From positions 672,001 through 736,000 of the forward strand of contig CBDESU010000001.1 of assembly GCA_965242695.1 (NCBI GenBank): a stretch of 64,000 bases of DNA, in the 5' to 3' direction. Position numbers and translations under genes: made by a program. The notes beneath the pieces are model-generated. The model did not search any database, was not told the origin of the DNA, and saw only the letters and a program-made list of their open reading frames with translations. This document shows positions 1-10,518 of the stretch, in pieces (positions within the stretch are counted from its first letter, which is position 1; every line of letters begins with the position of its first letter). The stretch is from Cenarchaeum sp. GTDB lineage: Archaea > Thermoproteota > Nitrososphaeria > Nitrososphaerales > Nitrosopumilaceae.

Positions 1-612
1 CTGACCTGCGAGGCGCCGCGCGCAATTCTCGTCAACTCGAGGGGCGCCGACGAGACAAAGGCCCTTGCGTTGCTCCACGGGTACGGCCACGTGCTGCTCG
101 GGCGGGGCGGGATGTGCAGGGAGCAGGCGGAGGTGAGGCCCGTGCGTACGCGGGATCAAAAAGAGGAGGCGTGGTGCGGCCGCTTTGCCGCCGCCGTGCT
201 GATGCCGAGGGGCCCGTTCGCGGACGAGCTGGGGCGGCTCGAGGGGGAGCGGCCCGATGCCCGCGCGGCCGTCAAAAGGCTTGCAGAAAAGTTTGGGACG
301 AGCGGGCATGCGGCGGCGATCAGGGCGGCCAGCGTGCTGGGAGGAGCGCGCGGCCGCGCCTACGAAAAGCTGGCGTGGGAGCTGGCCAACAAGCCTGGCG
401 CCAGGGCGCCGGCAAGAGCGGGCGGCGGCAGGAGGCGGGGCCTTGCAGGCCACGTGGACGGGTGCATATCGCGGCTAGGCCGCAAGTTCGTCAGGCTCGT
501 CCTAGAGTCGTACGAGAAAAAGGAGATCACCAGCCACGATTTCATAGAGTACCTGAAGACCGATCTGAAGCACCTCGATGGGTTTCGCCGACGGGTGCGC
601 ATGGACGGCTGA
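1..612 (+). CDS. ImmA/IrrE-family metallopeptidase-like protein, 5'-truncated by window edge, degenerate HExxH
   Basis: Frame open from base 1: ...AILVNSR...LLHGYGHVLL...EAWCGRFAAAVLMP. Clearly paralogous to 44092..45306 (LVNSR...LLHEYAHVLL...ELWCNRFASAVLMP). Confidence 0.8.
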   Translation: MTCEAPRAILVNSRGADETKALALLHGYGHVLLGRGGMCREQAEVRPVRTRDQKEEAWCGRFAAAVLMPRGPFADELGRLEGERPDARAAVKRLAEKFGTSGHAAAIRAASVLGGARGRAYEKLAWELANKPGARAPARAGGGRRRGLAGHVDGCISRLGRKFVRLVLESYEKKEITSHDFIEYLKTDLKHLDGFRRRVRMDG

Positions 613-778
613 CATCAGCCCTGCGTGCACCTCTTCACAGGTTGGCATCCGGCGCATGCGACTTTGCGCGCGCCTGGCGGTGCCACACAGAAGCGGACGT
701 GCTGCCGCGATCGCCCGGGCGTGAGCGCGGAGCGTTGAAATACGATGCGGTAAGATGCCGGTTGCATGGCGGACATTA

Positions 779-922
779 GACTCTACGACTCTACGACTCT
801 ACGACTCTACGACTCTACGACTCTACGACTCTACGACTCTACGACTCTACGACTCTACGACTCTACGACTCTACGACTCTACGACTCTACGACTCTACGA
901 CTCTACGACTCTACGACTCTAC
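779..922. repeat. Perfect tandem repeat (GACTCTAC) x18
   Basis: Direct reading: 144 bp = 18 exact 8-mers, intergenic. Confidence 0.97.
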
Positions 923-1042
923 TATACACCTAGGTCCGCACTGTTCTGACCTCGACACGCTGCCAGCAGGCGACAATCTGGCACAGGGCCGCGGGTGGTC
1001 GAACGTTCGTGACGGCACGAAGCCGCTGGGGGGTGGCCCAGC

Positions 1043-3883
1043 TTGAAGCACGAGCAGGAGTTCAATCACCTGCTCGCCAAAGCGCTACGCTCGGCCAACC
1101 CGGCGTGGCGGCTGTCGCTAAAGGTTGAGGAGAGTAGCACACTCAAGGAGTCTGCCGCAAGTCGCGTCGACATACTGATCACTAGGAACGACGCGCCCCC
1201 TGTTGCCATAGAGACATCGTACCAGCGCGGCGATGCGGACGCCGATGCCGTGGCCCGGCTTGGCTACCACTACAAGAAGACGATGATGGAGATCAGGACG
1301 GCCATCGCAGTCGAGCTGGACGCGTCGTGCCGGCGCTTAGCCAGAATCGACAAAAGGAGGATTTTCAAGTATGCGGTGCACCAAAAGATACCAAGCGGAA
1401 CCAGAAGATTCCCCGCATCGGGATTCTTGCACGGCTCGTACCTAGACTTGGCTCGCCTTGCCGCCTCAGCGCCCACCCCAAAGGAGGATATGGAGAAAGT
1501 GGCGACAGAAGTGGCCGATATTGTAAAGGCCGCCGCCAATTTGCTCAAGGATGCAATCCCTGACGACCAGCTGGAGAACATATCTCGTACAATGTACCAG
1601 CGGTCGGCCCTCACCGGACTCCGTACCACCGCTCTGCTGTGGCTGAATGCCATGCTTGTGCAGAGGATGCTGATGGGGGGAGTTCACAACATACCTCCAC
1701 TGACCACGAATCCGAGCGACTGCGTGAGCGCATGGAAGAGAATTAGGGAGATAAACTGGCGGGCCATATTCGAGCCGGCTATACGGATACTCGACGGGGT
1801 GCGCGACCTCTCCCCCGGCAAGGCTACGATTGCACTGCAGCATCTCAAGAAGGCAGTAGAGATCGTCGAGGGATCTAGGGTGGGGAGCGGCATGAGCATC
1901 GTCGCCGAGCTCTTTCCGCTCCTTGCGGAAGACCGGAAGGAGTCGGCCGCCTTTTACACGCAGGCGCCCGCCGCCGAGTTCCTCGCCGCGATGACCATCC
2001 GCAGGGATGCTGCAAACTGGATGGATCCGAGGTTGTTTGACAAGTTCCGGGTTGTCGACCTGACATGCGGGACCGGCACGCTGCTCCGGTACGCCTACAG
2101 GCAGACGCGAATATACCACGAGCAGGCGGGAGGGAGCGCTAGGACGCTGGAGGCGTTCCACGCGAGGGCCATGGAAAGGGGGCTGTGCGGCGCGGATGTG
2201 TCGCCCATTGCATCGCACATGACGTCGACTAGCTTGGCCGTCATGTCGAAGCAGCCGTATGACAGGACCAACATCGGCTGGGTCGGCGTCGGGAACGGCG
2301 ATCGCACCGGCTCGATCGAGTACATGAAGGCCGCCGCCGTCTCGGATCTGCTCGCCGCCGGGTTCGGCATCTCCGTGGGACAAGGCGGTGATGGCGATGC
2401 AGACGGGTCGACCGGCACATGGTCAGAGGAAGAGTCTCCCATGTCGGTCGTGGCAAAGGACGGCGATGCGTCCGTCGTAATCATGAACCCTCCATACTCG
2501 CGCACGCGCGGAGGCCAGAGTGCGTTTGACATCGCCGGCCTGTCGGATGCCGAGCGCGACGCCTGCCAGAAGCGGTGGGGGAAGCTGATCAGTGGCGAGC
2601 CGTGCAACAAGACTGCGGGCATGGCCGCCACGTTCCTGTGCATGGCGAACAAAAAAGCGATGGCCGGCGGCCGCATAGGCTTTGTCCTCCCGAGAACGGC
2701 CGCGTTTGCCGAGAGCTGGGAAGAGACGCGTGGCATGGTGGAGACATGCTTTGAAGACGTGACCGTGGTGGCAGTTGCCGGCGGGCGGGCGCTTGGTCGG
2801 GATGCCCTGTCCGCGGACGCCAACATGGAGGAGATGTTCCTGATCGCCACGAAGAGGGACAAGCCGGGCAGGGACCACTCACCCGTCAGGTGCGTGACTC
2901 TGCACGAGCCGCTCACGCGCATCGGCGAGGCAGCGGAGGTGGCTAGGGTGGTGCAAGCCGGACCTGACATTGGGGCCATAGTGTTGGGCGGCAGCGAGAT
3001 CGGCATCTCGCACATGTTCCGTACATTGGACGGCGGACCGTGGAGTGCGGTGGGCTCGTCGGGCGATGTACTAGAGCTGATCAAGAACGCTCTGTTATTC
3101 GGCAAGATACTCAATACAGATGGGAGCGTGGCGGGGCGGTTCGAGACCACCACGCTTGGTGAGTTGTTTGACGTTGGTCCCACGCATGATCTCATAGGGC
3201 ATCTCAAAGACAAAGATGAGCGCGGTGCATTCACATTCACGCCTGTTACTGGCGCAATCGATGCGGTGGGCATGTACAGGTCGCTCTGGGCAGTTGACCG
3301 GAGAAAACAGAGATTCCTTGTGGTTGAGCCTACCCACAAGGGATCCGAGTACAACAAGGCCAAGTCCTCTAGCATGTGGGAGCGCCGCGCTACGCTATTT
3401 TATCAGCGAAATATGCGCTGGACAACGCAGTCCATACTGTCAGCTATGACGCACAACGCTGTTATGGGAGGCAGTGCGTGGACTGGTTTGGTCCATTCAG
3501 ACAAGCGTATCTTGAAGGCGTTTGCACTGTGGGCCAATTCAATATACGGCATCATCACATACTGGGCTACGGGGCAGCGCACGCAGCAAGGGCGTTCTCG
3601 AATGCAAATTAGGGCCATCTGTGGAACACGCTGTCCAGGGTTTGACGGGTTTGACGATGTTGTCCTTGACAGAGCGGCGTTGAATTTCGCCGGTATTGCA
3701 AAAGCCACCGTTCAGCTTCGGCCAGCATGCTTGGCGGAAAATGATGCAGTACGGACCATGATCAACATGGCCGTGTCGGACATGCTCGGCGTTCCCGAGT
3801 ATGATCATGAGATGCTTACGCGCCTGTGGTGTTCCGAACCTAGCGTACAAAAGTCGCCGAAGAAGAAGCGCTGCAAGGATTGA
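1043..3883 (+). CDS. Large N6-adenine DNA methyltransferase / Type IIG-like restriction-modification protein
   Basis: FYTQ, motif I DLTCGTGTLL, motif IV MNPPY. N-terminal VDILI...IETS resembles a PD-(D/E)xK domain. Visibly lower GC than flanking core genes. Confidence 0.8.
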   Translation: MKHEQEFNHLLAKALRSANPAWRLSLKVEESSTLKESAASRVDILITRNDAPPVAIETSYQRGDADADAVARLGYHYKKTMMEIRTAIAVELDASCRRLARIDKRRIFKYAVHQKIPSGTRRFPASGFLHGSYLDLARLAASAPTPKEDMEKVATEVADIVKAAANLLKDAIPDDQLENISRTMYQRSALTGLRTTALLWLNAMLVQRMLMGGVHNIPPLTTNPSDCVSAWKRIREINWRAIFEPAIRILDGVRDLSPGKATIALQHLKKAVEIVEGSRVGSGMSIVAELFPLLAEDRKESAAFYTQAPAAEFLAAMTIRRDAANWMDPRLFDKFRVVDLTCGTGTLLRYAYRQTRIYHEQAGGSARTLEAFHARAMERGLCGADVSPIASHMTSTSLAVMSKQPYDRTNIGWVGVGNGDRTGSIEYMKAAAVSDLLAAGFGISVGQGGDGDADGSTGTWSEEESPMSVVAKDGDASVVIMNPPYSRTRGGQSAFDIAGLSDAERDACQKRWGKLISGEPCNKTAGMAATFLCMANKKAMAGGRIGFVLPRTAAFAESWEETRGMVETCFEDVTVVAVAGGRALGRDALSADANMEEMFLIATKRDKPGRDHSPVRCVTLHEPLTRIGEAAEVARVVQAGPDIGAIVLGGSEIGISHMFRTLDGGPWSAVGSSGDVLELIKNALLFGKILNTDGSVAGRFETTTLGELFDVGPTHDLIGHLKDKDERGAFTFTPVTGAIDAVGMYRSLWAVDRRKQRFLVVEPTHKGSEYNKAKSSSMWERRATLFYQRNMRWTTQSILSAMTHNAVMGGSAWTGLVHSDKRILKAFALWANSIYGIITYWATGQRTQQGRSRMQIRAICGTRCPGFDGFDDVVLDRAALNFAGIAKATVQLRPACLAENDAVRTMINMAVSDMLGVPEYDHEMLTRLWCSEPSVQKSPKKKRCKD

Positions 3884-4185
3884 TTGCATAGCGGTGCATG
3901 GCGTCAGCGGTGCACGGGCAGCGTTCCACCACGTGCCGCAGAACATGCCGATGAATTCACATCACGACATCCGCCTGACGGTGTCGATTACACAGTCCTG
4001 TTCCGATGCAGATCCAGCTGCCGAGCCTGTACCGCCGCATGTCTGCGCTGTGCCTCTTGGATGCAATGTCAAATACCAGGCCCTGCCTAGCGCGCAGGTC
4101 GCACCGGCGCCGGAGCCGGTGCCTAGGCCAAAGCCGGCTCCTCGCGGCACGCCCAAATTATAAGGACGCGCCGCGCCCGCGGGCC

Positions 4186-5250
4186 ATGGGAATCTGGCGG
4201 TACGCCGGCGCGCGCCTTGCCACCATGTTCGGCGTCCTCATGGTCACGCTCCTGCTCACCGTGGCGCTCGTCGGCTCGAACATGGACTCTATACTGCGCC
4301 AGGGCGTCTCGGCGCAGGTGCGCGGCGAGCTCGCCGAGAGCCCTGCCATCGCAGAGTCGTTCTCCACGCCTGCCGAGCTAGACGCGTACGTGCGCGAGCG
4401 CATAGCCGAGCGCGAGGCGGCCCTCGGCCTAGACGAGCCGTGGCACTCGCCGCAGCGCCTCGGCATGTCGATGTACCGCATTGTGGTGCTCGACTTTGGC
4501 CATGCGACGTTCCTCACGAGCGACTCTGGCTCGTCGGACGTGCGCGAGATACTGCTCGAAAAGATGCCGCGCACGATCCTGCTGTTCACGACGGCGACCG
4601 TCGCCATATCGGCCATCGGCGTGCTGCTCGGCGCGCTAGCCGGCAGCAGGGTCGGGTCCAAGACGGACCGGGTCACGTCGGCGTTCGCCGTCGTCGGCTC
4701 TAGCTTTCCGGTGTGGTGGATCGGCATGCTGATGATATTCGCGTTCGCGTTCACGTACCAGGTGTTTCCGGCGCGCGCCACGCCGAGCCTCCCGCCGGGC
4801 GACCCCGGGTACGCCGCGGCCCTGCTCTACCACATGGTCCTCCCGCTGATCACCATCGTGCTGATCGGGTTCGGGTCGTGGGCGTACCTGGTGCGCAACT
4901 TCATGGCCGGCATAATGCAGGAGGACTACATTGCGGCCAAGCGGACGATGGGCGTGCCGGCGCGCCGCATCGTGTACGGCCACGCCCTGCGCAACGCCGC
5001 GCCGCCCATAGTGACCATACTTGCCCTGAGCCTGTCCGGCTCGCTCGGCGGCGCGGTAATTACCGAGGCCGTCTTCGACTGGCCCGGCATGGGGCGCCTG
5101 TACTTTGACGCCATTACGGTGATGGACCTGCCCGTCATTGTCGGCGCCACGTACGTGCTCACGGCGTTCTTCCTTGCGAGCATAGTGACGGCGGACATAC
5201 TGTACGGCTACTTTGACCCGAGGGTGAGGACGGGCGGTGCGGCCCGGTAG
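4186..5250 (+). CDS. Peptide/nickel ABC transporter permease (DppB/OppB-like)
   Basis: Multiple TM helices, EDYIAAKRTMG EAA loop, HALRNA, ITEAVFDWPGMG. TATA-like AATTATAA about 25 nt upstream of ATG 4186. Confidence 0.9.
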   Translation: MGIWRYAGARLATMFGVLMVTLLLTVALVGSNMDSILRQGVSAQVRGELAESPAIAESFSTPAELDAYVRERIAEREAALGLDEPWHSPQRLGMSMYRIVVLDFGHATFLTSDSGSSDVREILLEKMPRTILLFTTATVAISAIGVLLGALAGSRVGSKTDRVTSAFAVVGSSFPVWWIGMLMIFAFAFTYQVFPARATPSLPPGDPGYAAALLYHMVLPLITIVLIGFGSWAYLVRNFMAGIMQEDYIAAKRTMGVPARRIVYGHALRNAAPPIVTILALSLSGSLGGAVITEAVFDWPGMGRLYFDAITVMDLPVIVGATYVLTAFFLASIVTADILYGYFDPRVRTGGAAR

Positions 5251-6670
5251 GACGGGCGGCCCCGCGGCCGCCACCGGCATGCTCGCCGACGTGCGCCGCT
5301 CGCGCGCCGGCATGGCCGGCGTGATCATACTCGCAGGCCTGGTGATCTTGTCGGCCGCCGCCATTGCCGCCGTGCCGATAGACACGCTGCGCGACTGGAA
5401 CAACCCCGACAGGTGGCTGTCGCTGCCGCGCTCTGCCGTCCCGTCGTGGGCCAACTGGCTTGCCGCCGAGCGCATGCCCGAGCACCTTGTACTGGAGGAT
5501 CCGGCGGTGCGATCGGCAGGCGGCCCGCCGGGAGGCGCGACCATATCGGCGCACTCGTTCGCGTTCGAGTACGACTACGACGGCCTCCCGGACGACTTCA
5601 TACTAGAGTACGAGGCCGTATACACCGCGCCGCCGCCCCTGCTCGTCGTCAGCGTCGAGCGGCCCGACGGCATCGCACTGCGGCTCGTCTCCGAGCCGCT
5701 GCCTGCGCACCCGGGCGGGACCGAGCGGCCCGGCGGGGAGGCGCACTCGGGGCGCGTCTTCTCGGCCGACGCGTCCGTCCGCAAGCACGTCGAGCTGCAG
5801 CGCGATACGTTCGCATTCGACGTGCGCGGCATGCCGGCAGAGGCCGTCGTATTCTCGAGGGCCGACTCGCACGGCGTCCTGGGGGGGACGTACGAGGTCA
5901 CGGCGGCCTTGTACGGGGCGGGCGCCGAAGGGGGCGAGCCGCCGCGCCTCGAGTCGTCGCGCCTGATCGTCGGCGGCAAGGCGTACGGCGCGATGGGGAC
6001 CGACGCACTGCGCCGCGACCTTGCCGTCGGGCTCGTATGGGGCACGCCCCTTGCCCTGTTCATCGGCGTCGCCGTCGCCGCCGGCTCGGTCGCCATGGGA
6101 CTCTCGTACGGGGCGTACGCGGGGTACAGGGGCAGGCTCACGGACGAGGCGATGATGAGGGCCAACGATGTCGTGTACGCCCTGCCTGCCCTGCCGTTCC
6201 TCATCATACTCGCCGTTACGGTGAGCAGCAGCATATTCGTCATGATCGGGTTTTTGATGCTCTTCGGGTGGGTCGGCGTGGCAAAGGTGGCCCGCAGCAT
6301 GGCCCTGCAGATCAGGACGGCCGGGTTCGTCGAGGCCTCTAGGATGATGGGGCAGACGGACGCGCGCGTGATGCTCAGGCACGTAATACCGCAGATGCTG
6401 CCCTACGCGTTCGCAAGCGTGGCCATATCGGTGCCGGCGGCGATCACGACCGAGGCGGGACTGAGCTTTCTCGGGCTCGGCGACCCGACGTTCCCGACGT
6501 GGGGGCAGATGCTCCACGATGCGAGCGAGCACGGGGCCGCAGCCCAGGGCATGTGGTGGTGGATCGTCCCGCCGGGCATGATGATCGCGCTGACCGGCCT
6601 GGCGTTCGTGTTCATCGGCAACGCGCTGGACTCTGCGGTCAACCCGCGCCTCAGGCAGGGGCGGGCCTAG
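5237..6670 (+). CDS. Peptide/nickel ABC transporter permease (DppC/OppC-like)
   Basis: MGTDALRRDL, FVEASRMMG, EAGLSFLGLGDP..WGQML. Start uncertain (GTG 5237 or ATG 5279). Confidence 0.9.
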   Translation: MRPGRTGGPAAATGMLADVRRSRAGMAGVIILAGLVILSAAAIAAVPIDTLRDWNNPDRWLSLPRSAVPSWANWLAAERMPEHLVLEDPAVRSAGGPPGGATISAHSFAFEYDYDGLPDDFILEYEAVYTAPPPLLVVSVERPDGIALRLVSEPLPAHPGGTERPGGEAHSGRVFSADASVRKHVELQRDTFAFDVRGMPAEAVVFSRADSHGVLGGTYEVTAALYGAGAEGGEPPRLESSRLIVGGKAYGAMGTDALRRDLAVGLVWGTPLALFIGVAVAAGSVAMGLSYGAYAGYRGRLTDEAMMRANDVVYALPALPFLIILAVTVSSSIFVMIGFLMLFGWVGVAKVARSMALQIRTAGFVEASRMMGQTDARVMLRHVIPQMLPYAFASVAISVPAAITTEAGLSFLGLGDPTFPTWGQMLHDASEHGAAAQGMWWWIVPPGMMIALTGLAFVFIGNALDSAVNPRLRQGRA

Positions 6671-7047
6671 GGATCGGCATCGGCGGCCGATGCGGCGCAC
6701 CGCCGCGCCGCATCGACTGCCCCGTCGCCGAGCCTGACCGAGTGGACGCCGGGCGGGGGCCCCTCCAGCCCCTCGAATCCCTCCTTTGCGCCCTTGGCGA
6801 ACGCCGCCTTTGCCCGCTCGTGCCCGCTGCCGCCCTCCTCGTCGCTCACGCACAGGCCGAACGGGCGCAGCTGCACGCCGTCCGCCCTGAGCGCCTCGAC
6901 GAACCCCGCGTACCCGGCGGCATCGTCCCAACGGGCGCCCTTCTCGGCGCACGCGCTCACCCACACGTCGACCGTGTTGTGGAAGGCGGCCGAGCGCCGG
7001 AGGGCGTCCAGCGTGGGAGGCTGGGGAGGGGGAGGGGAGGGGGCCAT
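6667..7047 (-). CDS. Hypothetical protein
   Basis: Protein-like sequence FHNTVDVWVSACAEKG; directly downstream of 7053..7406. Confidence 0.6.
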   Translation of the reverse strand: MAPSPPPPQPPTLDALRRSAAFHNTVDVWVSACAEKGARWDDAAGYAGFVEALRADGVQLRPFGLCVSDEEGGSGHERAKAAFAKGAKEGFEGLEGPPPGVHSVRLGDGAVDAARRCAASAADADP

Positions 7048-7052
7048 GGCGA

Positions 7053-7406
7053 TCAAAAGTCCGCCCTCTTCATCTTTGATCCGCACCGCGGGCAAGAGCT
7101 GCCCTTGAAGCGGTGGTTGCACACGAGGCACATGTACCGGATGGAGCTGCCGCCCGATCCCATCCCAAAGAACCCTCCGAATCCTCCGCGCCCGGGGCCG
7201 CCGCCGCCCCCACCCAGGCCGCGCCCAGAGTCGCCGTACCCGCGCAGGCGGTTCATGTACTGCCTGCGGATGAGCAGCGGGAGGGCCACGAACAGGGCCA
7301 GCGCCGCGCCTAGCCCCCACGGGAACGGCAGCACGAGCTGCAGCCCGATGCTCACCGCAAGCGAGGCGAACAGGAAGATTAGGTACATCCTGTAGTTGAA
7401 CATCAT
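7053..7406 (-). CDS. Small membrane protein with C-terminal zinc ribbon
   Basis: Two N-terminal TM segments, Gly-rich linker, CLVC...CPRC. TTATAA about 25 nt upstream. Confidence 0.8.
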   Translation of the reverse strand: MMFNYRMYLIFLFASLAVSIGLQLVLPFPWGLGAALALFVALPLLIRRQYMNRLRGYGDSGRGLGGGGGGPGRGGFGGFFGMGSGGSSIRYMCLVCNHRFKGSSCPRCGSKMKRADF

Positions 7407-7545
7407 TCGGGGTGTGCCACGGCCCTCGCCTTATAACCCTTGCATGCCGGCCCGCGCGGCGCATGCGATCGCGCCTAGCGCAGGCTCTTTTTTGGGGGCG
7501 AGGGTGGCGCGCGGAGCCGACCGCCGCCGATCCCTGCCGCCGCCA

Positions 7546-8211
7546 TCACGCCCCGCCGCCCCGCTCTTGGCCCCGCCCCGCATTCTCTCCACCAAGCAGG
7601 TCGATCAGCGGCCCGCTCGTCAGCTGAACCCTGATGTGCCCGAACTCGTCGTCGTTGCCCTCGATGTCGGCGAACGCCGCGTCCGACGTGATGATCACGG
7701 AGGCGTTAGCACCCTCGGCGGACGCGTAGTGTATCAGGTCGAACGGCCCGATCCCGCGGTGCCTGTACGTCCGGCTCTTGGCCACGTACACTGCACGCCC
7801 CCTGTGCGTCAGCTCCTTGCCGCACAGGATGACGTAGTCGGAATGGACTTCATCTGCATCTACAATTTCTAGAATACCCTGTTCAATCATGTTGAATATG
7901 ATCCCGATCGCGCGGGCAACGGCCTTGTCCGCATCCGCCTCAACGCTGGCCCGCTCCTCCTCGCTCCCCGACTGGCGCTTGTGCGACATTGTGACCTTCT
8001 TGCGGACGGCCCAGATCAACTCCAGTATGACGGCGTACGTGGTGATCAGGCGGCATCCGCTACGCACAGCCGCATCGAGCACCCTGACCGCATCGGCGTG
8101 GTGGATATCCTCCAAGACCGATGCGGCCACAAACGCGCTGGTCTCGACAAAGGCATCGATGCCGGCAAAGTCGCCAATGTCGACTCCAATGCCATCACTT
8201 GGCGTCGTCAA
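7546..8211 (-). CDS. PIN-domain (VapC-like) protein, cassette 1
   Basis: FVETSAFVA...EDIHH...VILEL...FDLIHYASA...IITSDAAF PIN pattern. TTG start overlaps upstream stop by 17 nt. Confidence 0.8.
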   Translation of the reverse strand: MTTPSDGIGVDIGDFAGIDAFVETSAFVAASVLEDIHHADAVRVLDAAVRSGCRLITTYAVILELIWAVRKKVTMSHKRQSGSEEERASVEADADKAVARAIGIIFNMIEQGILEIVDADEVHSDYVILCGKELTHRGRAVYVAKSRTYRHRGIGPFDLIHYASAEGANASVIITSDAAFADIEGNDDEFGHIRVQLTSGPLIDLLGGENAGRGQERGGGA

Positions 8212-8941
8212 TCTTGACCAACTCGTACCCGTCGGGGGGGCAGTTTCCTCTTATCATCGACACCGTCTCGACGGACGACAGCCCGGGACCTAGCTCCCCG
8301 AACAGATCGTCGATGCACTTTGGCTCCGGCGGAAATACCGGATCGTCGCCGATGGCCTTTCTCCACTCGCGTACTGTTTCAATATTCTTCCTCACGACAT
8401 CCCTGCAGACTTTGCCTCTGTGCCGCATGTCGGACTTGGGCAGGCCCGATCCAGGCGGGTCGGCCGCCCTCAGCCTCGCCCGCAGCGCGTCCGCCTTGGC
8501 CCTGAACGCGGCGATTCTTCCCCTCAGCTTCTCCAAGTCGCCGACCGGTTCGCCGTCCCCGCCGCTCCTGTACGACACGGCTGTGTCGTACAGGATCGCC
8601 CTTGCCTCGCGGTACGCCAAGCGGGTGACATGCATCCCCCCGTCCTCAACCGGCCTGTCTACAATGTCGGCCGCGTCGGCAAAGATGTCCTCCAGGAGGG
8701 ATGCCATCCTCATGCCCGTGTGGTATCCGGACCTCGACGACACCTCCCCCATCCGGGCGGCGATTTTGCCGCACTTTTCCATGTCTAGCAGGCCGAGCGG
8801 ATCGATGAGCGACACGAACAGCTCCCTGAACTCGGCCCTGCCGTCAGTTGTCGCCTTTGAAGCTGTTCCTGCGCCGACCCTGCGGCGCCCGCGGCGGGCC
8901 GCCACCTTGACCTTCTGCTTCTGTCCCTGAGCCACCTGCAC
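8195..8941 (-). CDS. Uncharacterised ~245-aa protein, putative antitoxin partner, cassette 1
   Basis: Four conserved paralogs, each coupled to a PIN gene. C-terminal IDDLFGELGPGLSS.ETVSMIR resembles VapB tails. GTG start inferred by alignment. Confidence 0.7.
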   Translation of the reverse strand: MQVAQGQKQKVKVAARRGRRRVGAGTASKATTDGRAEFRELFVSLIDPLGLLDMEKCGKIAARMGEVSSRSGYHTGMRMASLLEDIFADAADIVDRPVEDGGMHVTRLAYREARAILYDTAVSYRSGGDGEPVGDLEKLRGRIAAFRAKADALRARLRAADPPGSGLPKSDMRHRGKVCRDVVRKNIETVREWRKAIGDDPVFPPEPKCIDDLFGELGPGLSSVETVSMIRGNCPPDGYELVKIDDAK

Positions 8942-9155
8942 GATTCCGGGGCCACACGCACCCGCTATTAACGATTTGCCCTGCGCCGCTGGCGGCGCGG
9001 GCCGGCCGGCAGGGGCCAGCTGCCCACGCAGCCGCCGCATGCCGGATATGTGCCGGACTGCATGCCGGCCCGCGCGGCCTGCCAACCACACTCGGGCCTT
9101 GCGGGGCGCTTGCGGCCGCCCTGAGGCTGGCCATCAGCGGGGATTAGGAGGGCTG

Positions 9156-9794
9156 TCAGCCGCCGTCCCCGCCGCCGAGCAGGTCGATCAGCGGCCCGCC
9201 CGTCAGCTGCACCCTGATGTGCCCGAACTCGCCGCCGCCGCCCTCGATGTCGGCGAACGCCGCGTCCGACGTGATGATCACGGAGGCGCCCGCGCCCTCG
9301 GCGGACGCGTAGTGTATCAGGTCGAACGACCCGATCCCCCTGTGCCTGCACGCTCGGTTATCGGCGACGTACACCGCGTGACCGCTGTGCACGAGAGCAT
9401 TGCCGCACAGCCCGAAACAGTCGTGCGACTTTCCCTTGGCCACTACGATCTTTAGAACGCCCCGACGGACCATGTTGTATATGATTTTGATCGCGCGGGC
9501 AACGGCAGCATCGGCGCTCGCCTCCACACCCGCACGCTCCTCCTCGCTCCCAGACTGGCGCCTGTGCGACGTTATGACCTTCTTGCGGACGGCCCCGATC
9601 AGCTCCAGTATGACGGCGTACGTGGTGATCCGGCGGCATCCGCTGCGCACCGCCGCATCTAGCACCCTGACCGCATCGGCGTGGTGGATATCCTCCAAGA
9701 CCGATGCGGCCACAAACGCGCTGGTCTCGACACAGACGTCGATGGCGACAAGTGCATCGACGTCGACCTCTATGCCGTCACTTGGCGTCGTCAA
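9156..9794 (-). CDS. PIN-domain protein, cassette 2
   Basis: Paralog of 7546..8211. Confidence 0.8.
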   Translation of the reverse strand: MTTPSDGIEVDVDALVAIDVCVETSAFVAASVLEDIHHADAVRVLDAAVRSGCRRITTYAVILELIGAVRKKVITSHRRQSGSEEERAGVEASADAAVARAIKIIYNMVRRGVLKIVVAKGKSHDCFGLCGNALVHSGHAVYVADNRACRHRGIGSFDLIHYASAEGAGASVIITSDAAFADIEGGGGEFGHIRVQLTGGPLIDLLGGGDGG

Positions 9795-10518
9795 TCTTCA
9801 CCAGCTCGTACCCGTCCGGGGGACAGTTGCCCCTCATCATGGACACCGTCTCGGCGGACGACAGCCCTGGCCCTAGCTCCCCGAACAGATCGTCGATGCA
9901 CTTTGGCTCGGGCGGAAATACCGGATCGACGCCGGCGGCCACTCTAGAAGCCCGCACTTTTTCAACATCCTCCTTCCTCACATCCCTGCAGATTCTGCCC
10001 TTGTACAACGTGTCGAGCTTTGGCAGGCCCGATCCGGGAGGGTCGGCCGCCCTCAGCCTCGTCCGCAGCGCGTCCGCCTTGGCCCTGAACGCGGCGATTC
10101 TCCCCCTCAGCTTCTCCAAGTCTCCGACCGGCTCGCCGTCCCCGCCGCCCCTGTACGACACGGCCGTGTCGTACAGGACGGCCCTCGCCTCCCTGTACGC
10201 AATGGTGGTGAGGTGCAGAGCCCCGTCATCTACCGGCCTACCCACGATATCGGACATGTCGGCAAAGATGTCCGCCAAGAGGGATGCCATTCTCACGCCC
10301 ATATGGTATCCGGACCTCGACGACACCTCCCCCATCCGGGCGGCGATCCTGCCGCACTTTTCCATGTCGAGCAGGCCCAGCGGATCGATGAGCGACACGA
10401 ACAGCTCCCGGAACTCGGACTTGCTGTCGACCGTCGCCACCGCAACTGCGCCGCTTCTGCGGCGCCCTTGATCAGCCGTTCTTGCCACCTTCTGCCTCTG
10501 CCCATGCGCCGCCTGCAC
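9778..10518 (-). CDS. Uncharacterised partner protein, cassette 2
   Basis: Paralog of 8195..8941. Confidence 0.7.
   Translation of the reverse strand: MQAAHGQRQKVARTADQGRRRSGAVAVATVDSKSEFRELFVSLIDPLGLLDMEKCGRIAARMGEVSSRSGYHMGVRMASLLADIFADMSDIVGRPVDDGALHLTTIAYREARAVLYDTAVSYRGGGDGEPVGDLEKLRGRIAAFRAKADALRTRLRAADPPGSGLPKLDTLYKGRICRDVRKEDVEKVRASRVAAGVDPVFPPEPKCIDDLFGELGPGLSSAETVSMMRGNCPPDGYELVKIDDAK

Noticed and set aside
755-949. ORF with DSTTLRLY repeats, and possible repeat-controlled fusion to the MTase
   Set aside because: Translation of the 8-bp repeat; two in-frame TGA stops separate it from the MTase.
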